Positions 9,291 to 19,113 of a stretch of DNA of 64,000 nt are shown piece after piece (positions within the stretch are counted from its first letter, which is position 1; each line of letters opens with the position of its first letter). Location: IMG/VR virus record IMGVR_UViG_3300021440_000019. One strand, 5' to 3'. The stretch is from an uncultured virus (IMG/VR IMGVR_UViG_3300021440_000019). Taxonomy: Duplodnaviria; Heunggongvirae; Uroviricota; Caudoviricetes. The notes beneath the pieces were generated by a model. It was not told the origin of the DNA, did not search any database, and saw only the letters and a program-made list of their open reading frames with translations. The position numbers and the translations under genes were made by a program.

Positions 9291-10475
9291 ATGAGCAATG
9301 CCAACAGCGTGAATTTCCAAGGTAAGGTCACGGTCATCCCTGCACCGTGGGCAAACACCGTAGACGGCCTGGTCTACGATGTGTTCAACGGAGCACAGAC
9401 CAGACTCGAAGCTGTTGCTGCGCTCGGGCTCAAGTCCATGGCCGAACAGAGCCACCTGGATGTGATGATCGAAGGCGGCACCGTGAACTCCACGATCATC
9501 GGTGATCGTGTTCCAGCGCTCGGTATCTTTCAGGAACTGCGGCTACTGGTACCCGGTACTGGTCCTGACGCAGTGCTGAACCGCGCGTCCGCAGTTTCCG
9601 TGGCGGACACGAGAGCAGCCGCAGCCATCGCGTCGCTTCTGACTTCGCGGGGCAGCATCATCGTGCGTGGCGGCTCCGCGCCACAAGAACTACCTGTGGG
9701 AGAGAATAGCACCACGTTGATGGCGAACACCAGCGCACCCGCAGGTGTCTCTTGGGGCACGTTCACGCAGCTAGTCGAACGCAACCCGTTGGACGACGTG
9801 GGTGCTCGTGGCGCCTTCGGTGACATCCAGGTGCGTACCGCTGCGGAGTACGCGAGGTTGCCGCTGGGCATCAACGGTCAAGTGCTGACCGTGGACCGCA
9901 GCCGACCCCAAGGCGTGCGTTGGGCTCCTGGCGGCTCCGGCGGCGGTGGCCCAAGTGGCACTCCAAGTCCGCTGACGACGAAGGGTGACCTGTACGCCTA
10001 CGGCAGCACGGACATGCGGTTGCCTGTGGGAACCGTGGGTCAGTTGCTGACGGCAGACCCCGCCACGCTGTCGGGCATGGCGTGGAAGACCTTCGTGATT
10101 CCGTCGCTTGACTCCCTGCCGTATGACCTGAACTTCAGCATCACCGGCGTACTCGCACTCGGCGCCGTGGTTGCCGTGTCCAAGCTGTTGCGCCCGCTGC
10201 ACATTCCAGCGGGGTTCTCAGGTTCCGTAGCCGAAGCCCTGGTGGCGCCGACCACAGGGTCTTCGAGGTTCCTGCTAGCGGCCACCGGCGTCGGTGACCT
10301 CGCGCACGTGGACTTTGCAGCGGGCAACACCACCGGGGTGTTCACACCGGTGCACGCCACGCCGTTGGACATCCCGGCAGGGTCGATTCTGACGATCACC
10401 ACGGATGCTGCGGTGTTCGACGGGACGATCCGCAACGTGTGCATCGGCGTCACTGCGACAGCGACCATCGTCTGA
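9291..10475 (+). CDS. fibre protein, shared-anchor family member 4 with three KGD...LPVG...GQVL...W repeats
   Basis: Anchor FQGKVTVIPAPWANTVDGLVYDVF, repeats of the same type as ORF 19114, and a small beta-sandwich-like C-terminus. Confidence 0.75.
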   Translation: MSNANSVNFQGKVTVIPAPWANTVDGLVYDVFNGAQTRLEAVAALGLKSMAEQSHLDVMIEGGTVNSTIIGDRVPALGIFQELRLLVPGTGPDAVLNRASAVSVADTRAAAAIASLLTSRGSIIVRGGSAPQELPVGENSTTLMANTSAPAGVSWGTFTQLVERNPLDDVGARGAFGDIQVRTAAEYARLPLGINGQVLTVDRSRPQGVRWAPGGSGGGGPSGTPSPLTTKGDLYAYGSTDMRLPVGTVGQLLTADPATLSGMAWKTFVIPSLDSLPYDLNFSITGVLALGAVVAVSKLLRPLHIPAGFSGSVAEALVAPTTGSSRFLLAATGVGDLAHVDFAAGNTTGVFTPVHATPLDIPAGSILTITTDAAVFDGTIRNVCIGVTATATIV

Positions 10476-10482
10476 GGCACGT

Positions 10483-11466
10483 ATGCCATTCATCTCACAA
10501 CTCACGTCGTACAAGTCTGACATCGAAGGGCGGAAGTTCGATGGATACGTGACGCTGGAGTCCCAGTTGTTCGTGTCTTGCGACCTGTACGTGACGCTGA
10601 ACGCCGTGGTCATCGGCGACCTCGCGGGGCACGTGCTGGAGTGGACGCAGGTGTCCGGGTACCCCGTGATCTTCATGTCGAGCCTGGACGAGCCGCACGT
10701 TGTGTTCCAGCAGCCGAACATCCGCGACGACAAGGTGTTTCGTCTGTACGTGGACAAGGGCACGGTGAACCAAGAGTTCCACGAGATCCTGGTCACCGCC
10801 GTACCGCAGGAGCACGTGAAGCTACCGGATGCTCCGCCGTACCCGGTCATTACCGGGTCCATTGCGGCTGAGCGCGCCACCTCGCTGTTCATGCCTCCGG
10901 GGTTCTCGCCGCTAGGCACCGCTTCCGTGGACAACGCGGCGCGCATGATTACCTGGGCGCGGCCGAACGGCTCGAACTTCGTGAAGTCCGTGGTGATGGA
11001 ACGTCAGGCAGACGGCAGTTTCACCCCGCACGATGTCGGTGCTTCCACTGTGTTCACGGGGGCGCAGGTCCAGACAAGCTACCGCGTGGACACTGTGGTT
11101 TCGTCTTCCGGCGTCTCTCGCGTAGCTCAGTCAGCACCCGTGTCGTTCGTTCCTGTTGCTGGCGCTCATGACGTGGACGCTGCTGACAGCTTCTTGCTGC
11201 CAGGCAGCGTTTTCCAGCATGCCAAAATGACGGTGCTAGGGCGTCTGACCCGTGAGTTGACGGCTGCGCAAGGCGTTGACGAGACAATGACGCTACCTGG
11301 TGTGAAGCCAGGCGTTTCTCGTCTCACCGTGCTCGAAACCATTCGCCGTGAACTCGCGGCGGCCGCAGCTCCTGACGACTCTGCCGTTCTGTACTTCAAC
11401 CATTCGACGAGCAACCTCATGAAGATCCTTGAGGTCAAGACCGTCGGCATTACTTCCCTGGGATGA
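10483..11466 (+). CDS. virion structural protein with PKD/Ig-like N-terminal domain
   Basis: GAGG precedes ATG 10483. The WTQVSG motif is typical of PKD-like beta-sandwiches, and the gene lies within the tail-gene cluster. Confidence 0.5.
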   Translation: MPFISQLTSYKSDIEGRKFDGYVTLESQLFVSCDLYVTLNAVVIGDLAGHVLEWTQVSGYPVIFMSSLDEPHVVFQQPNIRDDKVFRLYVDKGTVNQEFHEILVTAVPQEHVKLPDAPPYPVITGSIAAERATSLFMPPGFSPLGTASVDNAARMITWARPNGSNFVKSVVMERQADGSFTPHDVGASTVFTGAQVQTSYRVDTVVSSSGVSRVAQSAPVSFVPVAGAHDVDAADSFLLPGSVFQHAKMTVLGRLTRELTAAQGVDETMTLPGVKPGVSRLTVLETIRRELAAAAAPDDSAVLYFNHSTSNLMKILEVKTVGITSLG

Positions 11467-14400
11467 CCATCATGTTCAAAGGCGAAATCCAAATCGTGCT
11501 CCGTGACGCAGCTACCGGAGACATCGACTACGAGAAGGTGTTCCCGAACATCGTCACGGACGCGCTGTACAACCGGATTCAGACGTTCAACTCGCTTGCC
11601 GGCCTCGTGATCGCCATCAACGGCAAGTCCATGGCACCGTCTCGGTGGAATGCGAGATTCCCCGGTGGGTTCTCCGGCAACCTCGCCGCCGTGGCCGACG
11701 GTCAAGTACCGAGCATCGGTGCGAGCCCTCAGTACTTCCCTGCGGCTGGCAACGTGCCGGCGTTCCTTCAGTACAGCGGCCGGTTCAATCCGCCATCGGT
11801 GTCCCGTACGCTGAAGACCGTGGCGCTCATCAACGGCGTGAACAACGCCACGATGTCGAATCCGGCGTCCGCCGATCAGGCTGTGACCTATGCGTACGCT
11901 CCGCTGGCGAATCCGTGCACGCAGACGAGCTCCCAGGTGCTCGACGTGTACTATCGCGTGTTCTTCCCGTTGCCGACCGACGGTTCCGTGCCTCAGCACC
12001 TGGCTGCCGAGTTGTTCCAGCGGTACCTCACCGACCCGAACATGTTCCTGGACTACAGCACAAACACGTACCAGTTCTACTACTACCACACGTTGTACCC
12101 GACACCGATCTCGCCTGTGAAATCCGGTGACGAGAACCTGACTCCGGTGTCGCAGGCGCCACACCAGTTCGGCCGACACATCGCATGGGCCTACGGATAC
12201 ACAGGTGCCGACTCGTTCTCGGGCACCTTCGAGTCTGCGTACTACACACGCCGAATGTCCCGGAACGAGGATTTCGGTGACTACGTGGGACGGATCATCG
12301 CAGCCGATGTCGTTGGCGGCTCTACGAACTACGGAGGCGTCACCGTCAATGACACTCCGAATTCCAATGGGGAAGCCATGGCGGCTGCGTGGCGCAACTT
12401 CAAGGGTGTGCCCAAGATTCAGAACCTGATCGGCCATGGTACAGCGGTGAAGCCGTTGACGACTAGCCCGTGGCTCGACGTTGACAACCTGGCAACGGGC
12501 ACAGGTCGTGTCGTGCTCGGCGGCGACTGGAACAATCGGGCAACCCCGTCGGCACCCGGTCTGTACTACCGTGCGTCGCTGCCTCAGTGGAACACCGTGC
12601 AGATCGTGACCTCGGGTCAAGTCGGCGACGGCAGTGCAGCCTACGTGTATCGCACGCAACCGTTCTTCGGCCTCGTGACCACGAGCTTCAACAGCAATCC
12701 GTACTGCTACACGTTCATGCCGCTGGCGAACATGTGCGGTACGACGCCCGCGTACGGCGGACCCAATGGCGGTTCGTTCCGCAAGCAGACCTGGGACGCC
12801 GGCAAGACCCTGGTGGAAGACGTGAGCCGTGACACCGGTGCAGGCACACTCTTCGACGTGCGTCAGATTTCGGCAGCATGCCGCTACGACGACACGTCGT
12901 TCATCTTCGTCAAGAAGAACATGCTGATCCTGTACGGTATCGGCGCCGGCGACTACTGGAAGTTCAAAGGAGGGTTCACGAACGTGACGCAGGTGGCCGT
13001 CGCCGCCGGCAAAATCTACGTGGGCTGCCGCAACACCGGGTTGTACGTGATCGACCCGAAGACAAGTCTCGCGGTCACGAGATTGAACGCTCCGGGCTCT
13101 GGTGCTGACCTCAGTCGTTGCTTCGGCGTCGCCACCGGGGCCAACGACACGCTGTTTGCCGTCGGTGTCAACGGCATCCTCAGGATCAACGCAAATGGCA
13201 GCACTGCGCTGTACAACGAGGCGTCAACACCGGCGTTCTCCATCGTCGGCGTGTCCGACAGCAACTACGACTCTGTGGCGTACCTCAAGGTGGACGACAC
13301 GTCCCCTGATTTCCAGATGATGCTCGTGCGGCAGTACACGGCACTGGTCAACGTCGCGAGCTTCGGTGTCTGGTGGTCCCTGGCGACACCGGCGGCCGAC
13401 GCCTTCGTCGATGACCGCACGAAGCAGAAAGGACGCCCTCGCGTGCACAGCGGTCACTTCGGTGGCCGTGACGGTCTGTGGGCCATGGCAAATGGCAGCC
13501 ACTACGTCATGCCCTTCGGTGGCACACCTATCGCGGTACCCGGTGCGATTCCCAACGACAAGTTCGGCGACCTGTACGCGGACATCATGATCGTGCGCAA
13601 CGCTGCTGGGCAGCCACGGCTCATGCTCTTGTGCCAGAGTACCGGCATGGGTGGCAGCTACGGCGGTGTGGAGCCTCGTGCAGTGCTCACACGGCTTGTG
13701 GACATTACGGGCACTGTCACGGATTCAGTTCAGTCCGGGCTGATGATCGCCAACAACGTGACGGGGTTGGGGCTCACGAACACCCGAGCACGTGGCAGCG
13801 ATGACGATGCTCCCTACGCTGGCGGCGTGAACATCAGTGCACACTCGTTCATCCTCGACACCGGCGTTCTCGTCTCGCTGTTCGTCGGTACCGAAGATGG
13901 TCCTGGCTACTACGGCGTGTCGAGCTACTACGACAACCTGATGATCGGTGTCAGCAATTACGCACTGGACTTCGGGCTCAGCGGCGGTCCTCTTGCATAC
14001 CTTGCGCAACGGGTTTACGGGTGGACCGGCAGTGCGTGGTCCACAGCTACTGCCACCCCGAAGCCCGTGCACGCAACCGCACAGCCGCTGCTCGAAGGAG
14101 TCACCGTTCGCTTCGAGGAAGGTGGTGCTGGTACGTCCATGGCGGTTCCGAACTACTACAAGTTCGGTCTGTGTGAAGGCATCCTCAAGGACAACGCCAC
14201 GCGGTACAACCTGGCATCGACCCTGTACTTCCATCGGCTGTTCAAGGACAGCACGCTGTTGACCGCAGCGGCGGTACCGGCGGTCACTGCGTTGCCCACT
14301 GGTGTCGTCGCGTTGTCCGCAGACCCCGGCAAGTACACGCCGGGCACAGTGTACGCAGCGTACGTTCCGCCGACGACGGACCCGTTCGCTGCTGACACCG

Positions 14401-15743
14401 CGTTCTTCCTGAACAGTACGGGACCGGATGGCAGTACAGGTTTCTCGGACGACAGCGCAAACGATCTGGTGGTCAACGTGCTGGGCTCCACCGTGATTCA
14501 ACGAAACGCCGTGGCGCTGACAGGTGCCGCAGGACAGGGTCTGCGAGTAGACCCGGTGCCGGCAACTGCTTTCGGCACGCACACGATGACCGTTGAAGGC
14601 TATGTCAAGACGAACTCGCAGAACGGCGGTCCCATCATCATGGACCAGCGTTCTGCGACGAATCCGAATGGCCTCGTCATCTTCTTCAACGGTTCTCGCC
14701 TCTGTGCGTATACCGGCGACGCCGGATCGAACGGCAGCTACGGCGACAAGGGAGTCACCACCGCCACCAACGAGATTCCGAACGGTGTGCGCATCTACTT
14801 CTCGATCACGGTGACACCGACGGCGCTGATTCTCGACTACCACACAGGGAGCCCCAAGCAAGCTCCTGGGTACTCGACCACGGTGTCCAGGTCTGGCGCT
14901 GACCTCGGGAACTCCGCGATCTTCATCGGCTGCAACTACGTCGGAGGCGCCGTCTTCGATGGCGACATCGACCACCTGCGTATCACGTACGCGCAACGCG
15001 GTCCCGATGACCTGCTGGACTCCGGCTTCACGGACGGGTTGCCGCACATCACGTTCCCTACGGAAGCGGGGTTGCAGTATGCAGTGGGCGACAAGCAGGT
15101 GTCCGGTGACTTCGACATCGAGTACAGCACTGCGGACTTCAAGGGACCGAAGACGACGCACAGTGCGGCGTTCGGCGTCGGCAAGCCCGGCATCAGCGGC
15201 CTTCCTCAGTTCGGCTTCGTGTTCTCCGCTGGCAACCTCTACGCTTGGGACTCCGTATCCGCTACGAGCGTGAATGCAACGGGGATGACGAGCATGCACC
15301 TGCGTCGAGTCGCCGGCGTCCTGCAACTGGTCATCAACAACAACGTAGTGTTCACGGGCGACCCCGCACGCACGAGAATTCGCGCAGGGGACCTCCGGTT
15401 GAACACGATGTTCAGCTTGTGGCAGCACACTGATCCGTCGTACATGCTGCCGAACTGCCGCATGCCCGTGACCACGGTGGTCACGAACGGAAGTGACAAC
15501 GCGGTGTTCGTCGGTGACAACACTGTGGGGGTCGCGTCTCCGAGATTCCTTGCGGTGGATGCAGACTCCGTAGGGCTGAACACGGTGTCGCTTGACGGCG
15601 TACCCGCCGTGGTCAAGGCAGATGGCACTGCGCCGGCCGTAGGAGAGGTCGCGATTGACGGGTACATGGGAGCACTGTACTTCAATCCGGCGGATGCTGG
15701 CAAAGCCCTGGCGGCGAAGATCACGTTCCAACAATCCGAGTAG
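11463..15743 (+). CDS. large virion/tail protein (1426 aa) with beta-propeller-like and ConA/LamG-like lectin domains
   Basis: Propeller-like segments (GKIYVGCRNTGLYVID, TLFAVGVNGILRI) and a LamG-like stretch (TVEGYVK...IFIG...FDGDIDHLRIT). G/T/A/S-rich. Confidence 0.65.
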   Translation: MTIMFKGEIQIVLRDAATGDIDYEKVFPNIVTDALYNRIQTFNSLAGLVIAINGKSMAPSRWNARFPGGFSGNLAAVADGQVPSIGASPQYFPAAGNVPAFLQYSGRFNPPSVSRTLKTVALINGVNNATMSNPASADQAVTYAYAPLANPCTQTSSQVLDVYYRVFFPLPTDGSVPQHLAAELFQRYLTDPNMFLDYSTNTYQFYYYHTLYPTPISPVKSGDENLTPVSQAPHQFGRHIAWAYGYTGADSFSGTFESAYYTRRMSRNEDFGDYVGRIIAADVVGGSTNYGGVTVNDTPNSNGEAMAAAWRNFKGVPKIQNLIGHGTAVKPLTTSPWLDVDNLATGTGRVVLGGDWNNRATPSAPGLYYRASLPQWNTVQIVTSGQVGDGSAAYVYRTQPFFGLVTTSFNSNPYCYTFMPLANMCGTTPAYGGPNGGSFRKQTWDAGKTLVEDVSRDTGAGTLFDVRQISAACRYDDTSFIFVKKNMLILYGIGAGDYWKFKGGFTNVTQVAVAAGKIYVGCRNTGLYVIDPKTSLAVTRLNAPGSGADLSRCFGVATGANDTLFAVGVNGILRINANGSTALYNEASTPAFSIVGVSDSNYDSVAYLKVDDTSPDFQMMLVRQYTALVNVASFGVWWSLATPAADAFVDDRTKQKGRPRVHSGHFGGRDGLWAMANGSHYVMPFGGTPIAVPGAIPNDKFGDLYADIMIVRNAAGQPRLMLLCQSTGMGGSYGGVEPRAVLTRLVDITGTVTDSVQSGLMIANNVTGLGLTNTRARGSDDDAPYAGGVNISAHSFILDTGVLVSLFVGTEDGPGYYGVSSYYDNLMIGVSNYALDFGLSGGPLAYLAQRVYGWTGSAWSTATATPKPVHATAQPLLEGVTVRFEEGGAGTSMAVPNYYKFGLCEGILKDNATRYNLASTLYFHRLFKDSTLLTAAAVPAVTALPTGVVALSADPGKYTPGTVYAAYVPPTTDPFAADTAFFLNSTGPDGSTGFSDDSANDLVVNVLGSTVIQRNAVALTGAAGQGLRVDPVPATAFGTHTMTVEGYVKTNSQNGGPIIMDQRSATNPNGLVIFFNGSRLCAYTGDAGSNGSYGDKGVTTATNEIPNGVRIYFSITVTPTALILDYHTGSPKQAPGYSTTVSRSGADLGNSAIFIGCNYVGGAVFDGDIDHLRITYAQRGPDDLLDSGFTDGLPHITFPTEAGLQYAVGDKQVSGDFDIEYSTADFKGPKTTHSAAFGVGKPGISGLPQFGFVFSAGNLYAWDSVSATSVNATGMTSMHLRRVAGVLQLVINNNVVFTGDPARTRIRAGDLRLNTMFSLWQHTDPSYMLPNCRMPVTTVVTNGSDNAVFVGDNTVGVASPRFLAVDADSVGLNTVSLDGVPAVVKADGTAPAVGEVAIDGYMGALYFNPADAGKALAAKITFQQSE

Positions 15744-15763
15744 CGCATCGTGAACAGCGCTAC

Positions 15764-15772
15764 CTAATTTCA
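15764..15772 (+). promoter_or_regulatory. CTAATTTCA motif, putative late promoter
   Basis: The exact 9-mer recurs in three short intergenic gaps (15764, 30571, 56808), each about 20-30 nt before a structural gene start. Confidence 0.6.
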
Positions 15773-15791
15773 GGGTACTTTGGAGAACGAA

Positions 15792-18700
15792 ATGTCAGGT
15801 CCGAACTTTCAGCAAGGCGTAACCGTAGTCGGCACAGACTGGGCTCGTGTAGTCACCTCAGTCGTGTACGACGTGCTTGGTGCAGCAGGCACCGCTGCGG
15901 AAGCACGTACGGCTCTCGGCCTCAAGTCCATGGCCGTTCAGGACGCATCAGCAGTGAACATCGTCGGCGGCTCCGTGGACAACACGGTGATCGGTGCGGT
16001 GAGCCCTGCGGAAGCCACGTTCTTAACCGTGAGGCTCACGGGCGACCCGAGCACCCCGGACTCGGCAGCGAGTGTGCAGAAAGCAGGGGCCATTGCGGAC
16101 ACCCGGTTCTCTGCGTTGCTCACCTCGCTGCTTCCGGTCAAGGGCGATCTACCGGTGCGCGCCGGTGCCTCCGTGACGAAGCTGCCGGTAGGCGAGAACA
16201 GCAGCACGCTGCTGGCGAACACGGCAGCCTCGGCGGGTATGTCCTGGGGTACGTTCACGATGCTCGTGGAGCGTAATCCCTTGGACGATCCGGGCTCCCG
16301 AGGTGCTGCCGGCGACATCCAGGTACGGACGGCCACGGAGTACGCGAGGCTGCCCCTGGGTGCCAGCGGCCAAGTGCTGACCGTGGATCGGACACGTCCA
16401 CAGGGGGTCCGTTGGGCTACATTGGCGGGTTCCGGAGGGCCCGCGACGGGTGCTCCGGAGCTCCCGCTGACGGCTCTCGGTGATCTACTGTCGTACACAG
16501 GATCCGTGTACCAGCGGGTTCCACTGGGCTCAGCCGGACAGGTGTTGACGGCAGTGCCTGGCGTCGGTGTCCGCTGGCAAACGCCGGTTGCCGGTGGTCC
16601 CGCGTTGCAGTTCCAGAACAATGGCGTGAACCTGGGCGCTGCTGACGCCACGGTGCTGAACATCGTGAACGCCACGGTGGTGCGCGCAGGTTCCACCGTG
16701 ACCATGACCGTGCCTTCTGGTGGTTCCGGCACCGGGGGCAGCGCGCTGTGGAAAACAGTGGCGCCCGTGAACAACGGCAACGGTCTGGACTACCGGTTGG
16801 TCCCGGATGTACCAGCGCCGCCGGCTCCGGCGTTGAACCAAACAGCAGTGCCCGTCGTGTACGTGGACACGCACGTGATCGAGGCCAACTCGATGCCGAA
16901 CGTGTACGACGCGGTTGCTCCGTTCTCGCGCATCGAGTTCGCACCGCCTGGTTCGTCCAACAACACCCGGTACTCGGTGTCCCCTTACGGCACTCTCGTG
17001 GACGTGCAGAACACGGATACGAACACGTGGGAGTCGCAACTGCATTTCCGTCCGGACTTCCAGCGGTACTTTGGCGGTCCCGCTGGAAAGCTTTCACCGC
17101 TACGGTTGCGTCCAGTGCAAGCTGGCCCGCTTGGGTACCAGTTGTTCTTGACCGCCGTTGACCACCACTATAGCTGGCCCAACGGCCACTTTCTGTACGC
17201 TGCTGCTGGCTTGGCGAACGACACGTTCTCCAAAAACAGGCTGTTCGTCGGTCGTGTGCGCACGGCCAACAACGGGCTGCCCACTGTCACTTCCGGGATC
17301 ACAGACTTCGTGTGGCAGACAACGCTGGCGGCTTCAGGTAGCTTGGACACTGCGCGCACTTGCTGCCTGGTGTTCGACTCGGCTACGGTCGCCGTGGTTG
17401 GCGCACGCAGCCTGTCGGCCGACGAGTATTACTTGACGGCGTTGAACCACGAAACTGGTGTGCCCGAATGGAACGTCACCGTGGCGATTCCCGGTGTTTC
17501 GTTCATCGAGTCCGCCGACTTCGTACTGTCGGACAACGGCGTCAACGAGGTGGCCGTTCTCGTTGGTGACCACGTGATCGGGCACAACGTGAGCAACGGC
17601 AGCGTGCTTTGGGCTACAAAGCTCGTGCACAACTCGAACCTGGGTTTCGACTACGTGCAATGGCGAGGCATCTATCTGGACCCGACGTTGGCACCAGCAC
17701 AAGGTGGCACGTACATCGTGTGGGGCAACGCGTCTATCAATGGCGTGCAAGGGCTGTGCTACATCGGCGTGAACCGCAGCACTGGAAACACGGGGACCAG
17801 CATCTTTGTGCCGCCAGCGTCTGGTTCGTGGACGTACCAGATGACATTCAACGGGCGGTTGTTCGCCGCAGTGAACGTCGGAACCTCGACACTGGACATC
17901 GCGAGGCAGAACTTCAACCTGGATCAGCCGTTCGACGGCGTGTCCATCGCCATTAGCAATAGCAGTTCAATGCCCATGCTGTCGCAGCATCATGGACCTT
18001 CTGGCGGCGCCTCTGGCATGGATTCGATGCTCGTGCTCGAAGCTGCTGGCCTGCTCGGACTCTCGCTGGAGCGGCCAGCGTTCGTTGACCAAGCCCTGTC
18101 TGAACTAAAGGGCCTGACTAGCAGTGACAACTGGCTGAACGTGCTGTCTGGCAATCCCATCGGCACCGCAGTAAACACTCTGTCTGTCATTTCCGGCACG
18201 AGTGTGCCTATGTCGGCTACCGCAGGCACACTTGTGGTCACCGCGAACGCAACGGACATCGAGTTCGCTACGGGCACGGAACTCTCAGTGAATACCCCTT
18301 CAGAGTTTCCTGGTGCGTTGACCAAGCGCGGCCGCGCCGAAATCGCGGCTAAGCACAACGCACAGGTAGGGGCGTTGAACATCGGTGACGCGCTGCTGCC
18401 TCCACGGTACTCTGTTGGCGCTGACGGAGATACCAAGGGCGACCTACGGTTCTCTGACGACTACCTGTTCCATGCGTTCCGGGACTTCCAAGGCGACGGA
18501 TTCTCCGACGTGTGGAAGCGCCTGGCTTTCGGTCCGAAGATGACTGCGTTCTCGTTCTCCAGCAACGGGCCCGGCTCGAAGAACAACGTGTTCACGAACT
18601 TCGCGTTCTCGGTCGATCCTCAGACCGTGACGGACTTCGTAGCGCTCACCCCTAATGGGGCAAACATCGCGATCCTGCTGCCGGGCACGTACAAGATCAC

Positions 18701-19067
18701 GATGATCGCTCAAGTAGTCCCCGCAGACGGATCATGGCCGTCTGCTTCCAACTCGGATGGCTGGGCGTTCGGTACCGCGATGCTCGGTGGCGGTATCGAA
18801 CCCGGCAACTCCATGCACTATCGCCCTTCTGGTGGTAACAACCCCAACATGGGCACTTTCTTCGGTGACTACAACACGCAGAATCCCACCTGGACCGACG
18901 TGTACTACGTGTCGAAAAACGAGCATGACAGCTTCCCCTTCTTGCTGTCACCCGCCATGTTCTTTGCGGCGTACTCGTTTGCCAATGAAGACCTGAACTT
19001 CAACGGCTCCATCCTCGTTGAACGTACAACTGACATCTGGCGGCAGGTTCAGACCATTCAAGCCTGA
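15792..19067 (+). CDS. long fibre protein, shared-anchor family member 5 (three repeats, propeller-like middle, distinct C-terminal domain)
   Basis: GGAGA RBS precedes ATG 15792. Anchor FQQGVTVVGTDWARVVTSVVYDVL, plus a 78-aa block nearly identical to ORF 9291. Confidence 0.75.
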   Translation: MSGPNFQQGVTVVGTDWARVVTSVVYDVLGAAGTAAEARTALGLKSMAVQDASAVNIVGGSVDNTVIGAVSPAEATFLTVRLTGDPSTPDSAASVQKAGAIADTRFSALLTSLLPVKGDLPVRAGASVTKLPVGENSSTLLANTAASAGMSWGTFTMLVERNPLDDPGSRGAAGDIQVRTATEYARLPLGASGQVLTVDRTRPQGVRWATLAGSGGPATGAPELPLTALGDLLSYTGSVYQRVPLGSAGQVLTAVPGVGVRWQTPVAGGPALQFQNNGVNLGAADATVLNIVNATVVRAGSTVTMTVPSGGSGTGGSALWKTVAPVNNGNGLDYRLVPDVPAPPAPALNQTAVPVVYVDTHVIEANSMPNVYDAVAPFSRIEFAPPGSSNNTRYSVSPYGTLVDVQNTDTNTWESQLHFRPDFQRYFGGPAGKLSPLRLRPVQAGPLGYQLFLTAVDHHYSWPNGHFLYAAAGLANDTFSKNRLFVGRVRTANNGLPTVTSGITDFVWQTTLAASGSLDTARTCCLVFDSATVAVVGARSLSADEYYLTALNHETGVPEWNVTVAIPGVSFIESADFVLSDNGVNEVAVLVGDHVIGHNVSNGSVLWATKLVHNSNLGFDYVQWRGIYLDPTLAPAQGGTYIVWGNASINGVQGLCYIGVNRSTGNTGTSIFVPPASGSWTYQMTFNGRLFAAVNVGTSTLDIARQNFNLDQPFDGVSIAISNSSSMPMLSQHHGPSGGASGMDSMLVLEAAGLLGLSLERPAFVDQALSELKGLTSSDNWLNVLSGNPIGTAVNTLSVISGTSVPMSATAGTLVVTANATDIEFATGTELSVNTPSEFPGALTKRGRAEIAAKHNAQVGALNIGDALLPPRYSVGADGDTKGDLRFSDDYLFHAFRDFQGDGFSDVWKRLAFGPKMTAFSFSSNGPGSKNNVFTNFAFSVDPQTVTDFVALTPNGANIAILLPGTYKITMIAQVVPADGSWPSASNSDGWAFGTAMLGGGIEPGNSMHYRPSGGNNPNMGTFFGDYNTQNPTWTDVYYVSKNEHDSFPFLLSPAMFFAAYSFANEDLNFNGSILVERTTDIWRQVQTIQA

Positions 19068-19077
19068 ACCTGCTACT

Positions 19078-19093
19078 GCTAGCCTCGGCTAGC
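19078..19093 (+). terminator. short intergenic hairpin, weak terminator candidate
   Basis: GCTAGC-CTCG-GCTAGC followed by TTCCGTTTCT, lying between two fibre genes. Confidence 0.3.
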
Positions 19094-19113
19094 TTCCGTT
19101 TCTGGAGTGCGTT

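Noticed and set aside
13725..15734. Long minus-strand ORFs (e.g. 669 aa here; also 7125-8522, 11166-12659, 32889-34418, 37382-38791, 39266-40651)
   Set aside because: They are antisense shadows of GC3-rich + strand genes, with Arg/His/Val-rich low-information translations, no motifs, and full overlap with well-supported genes.
9690..16415. Duplicated fibre segment as a diversity-generating retroelement TR/VR pair
   Set aside because: Both copies are internal coding sequence, the differences are mostly synonymous and not adenine-specific, and no reverse transcriptase is visible.
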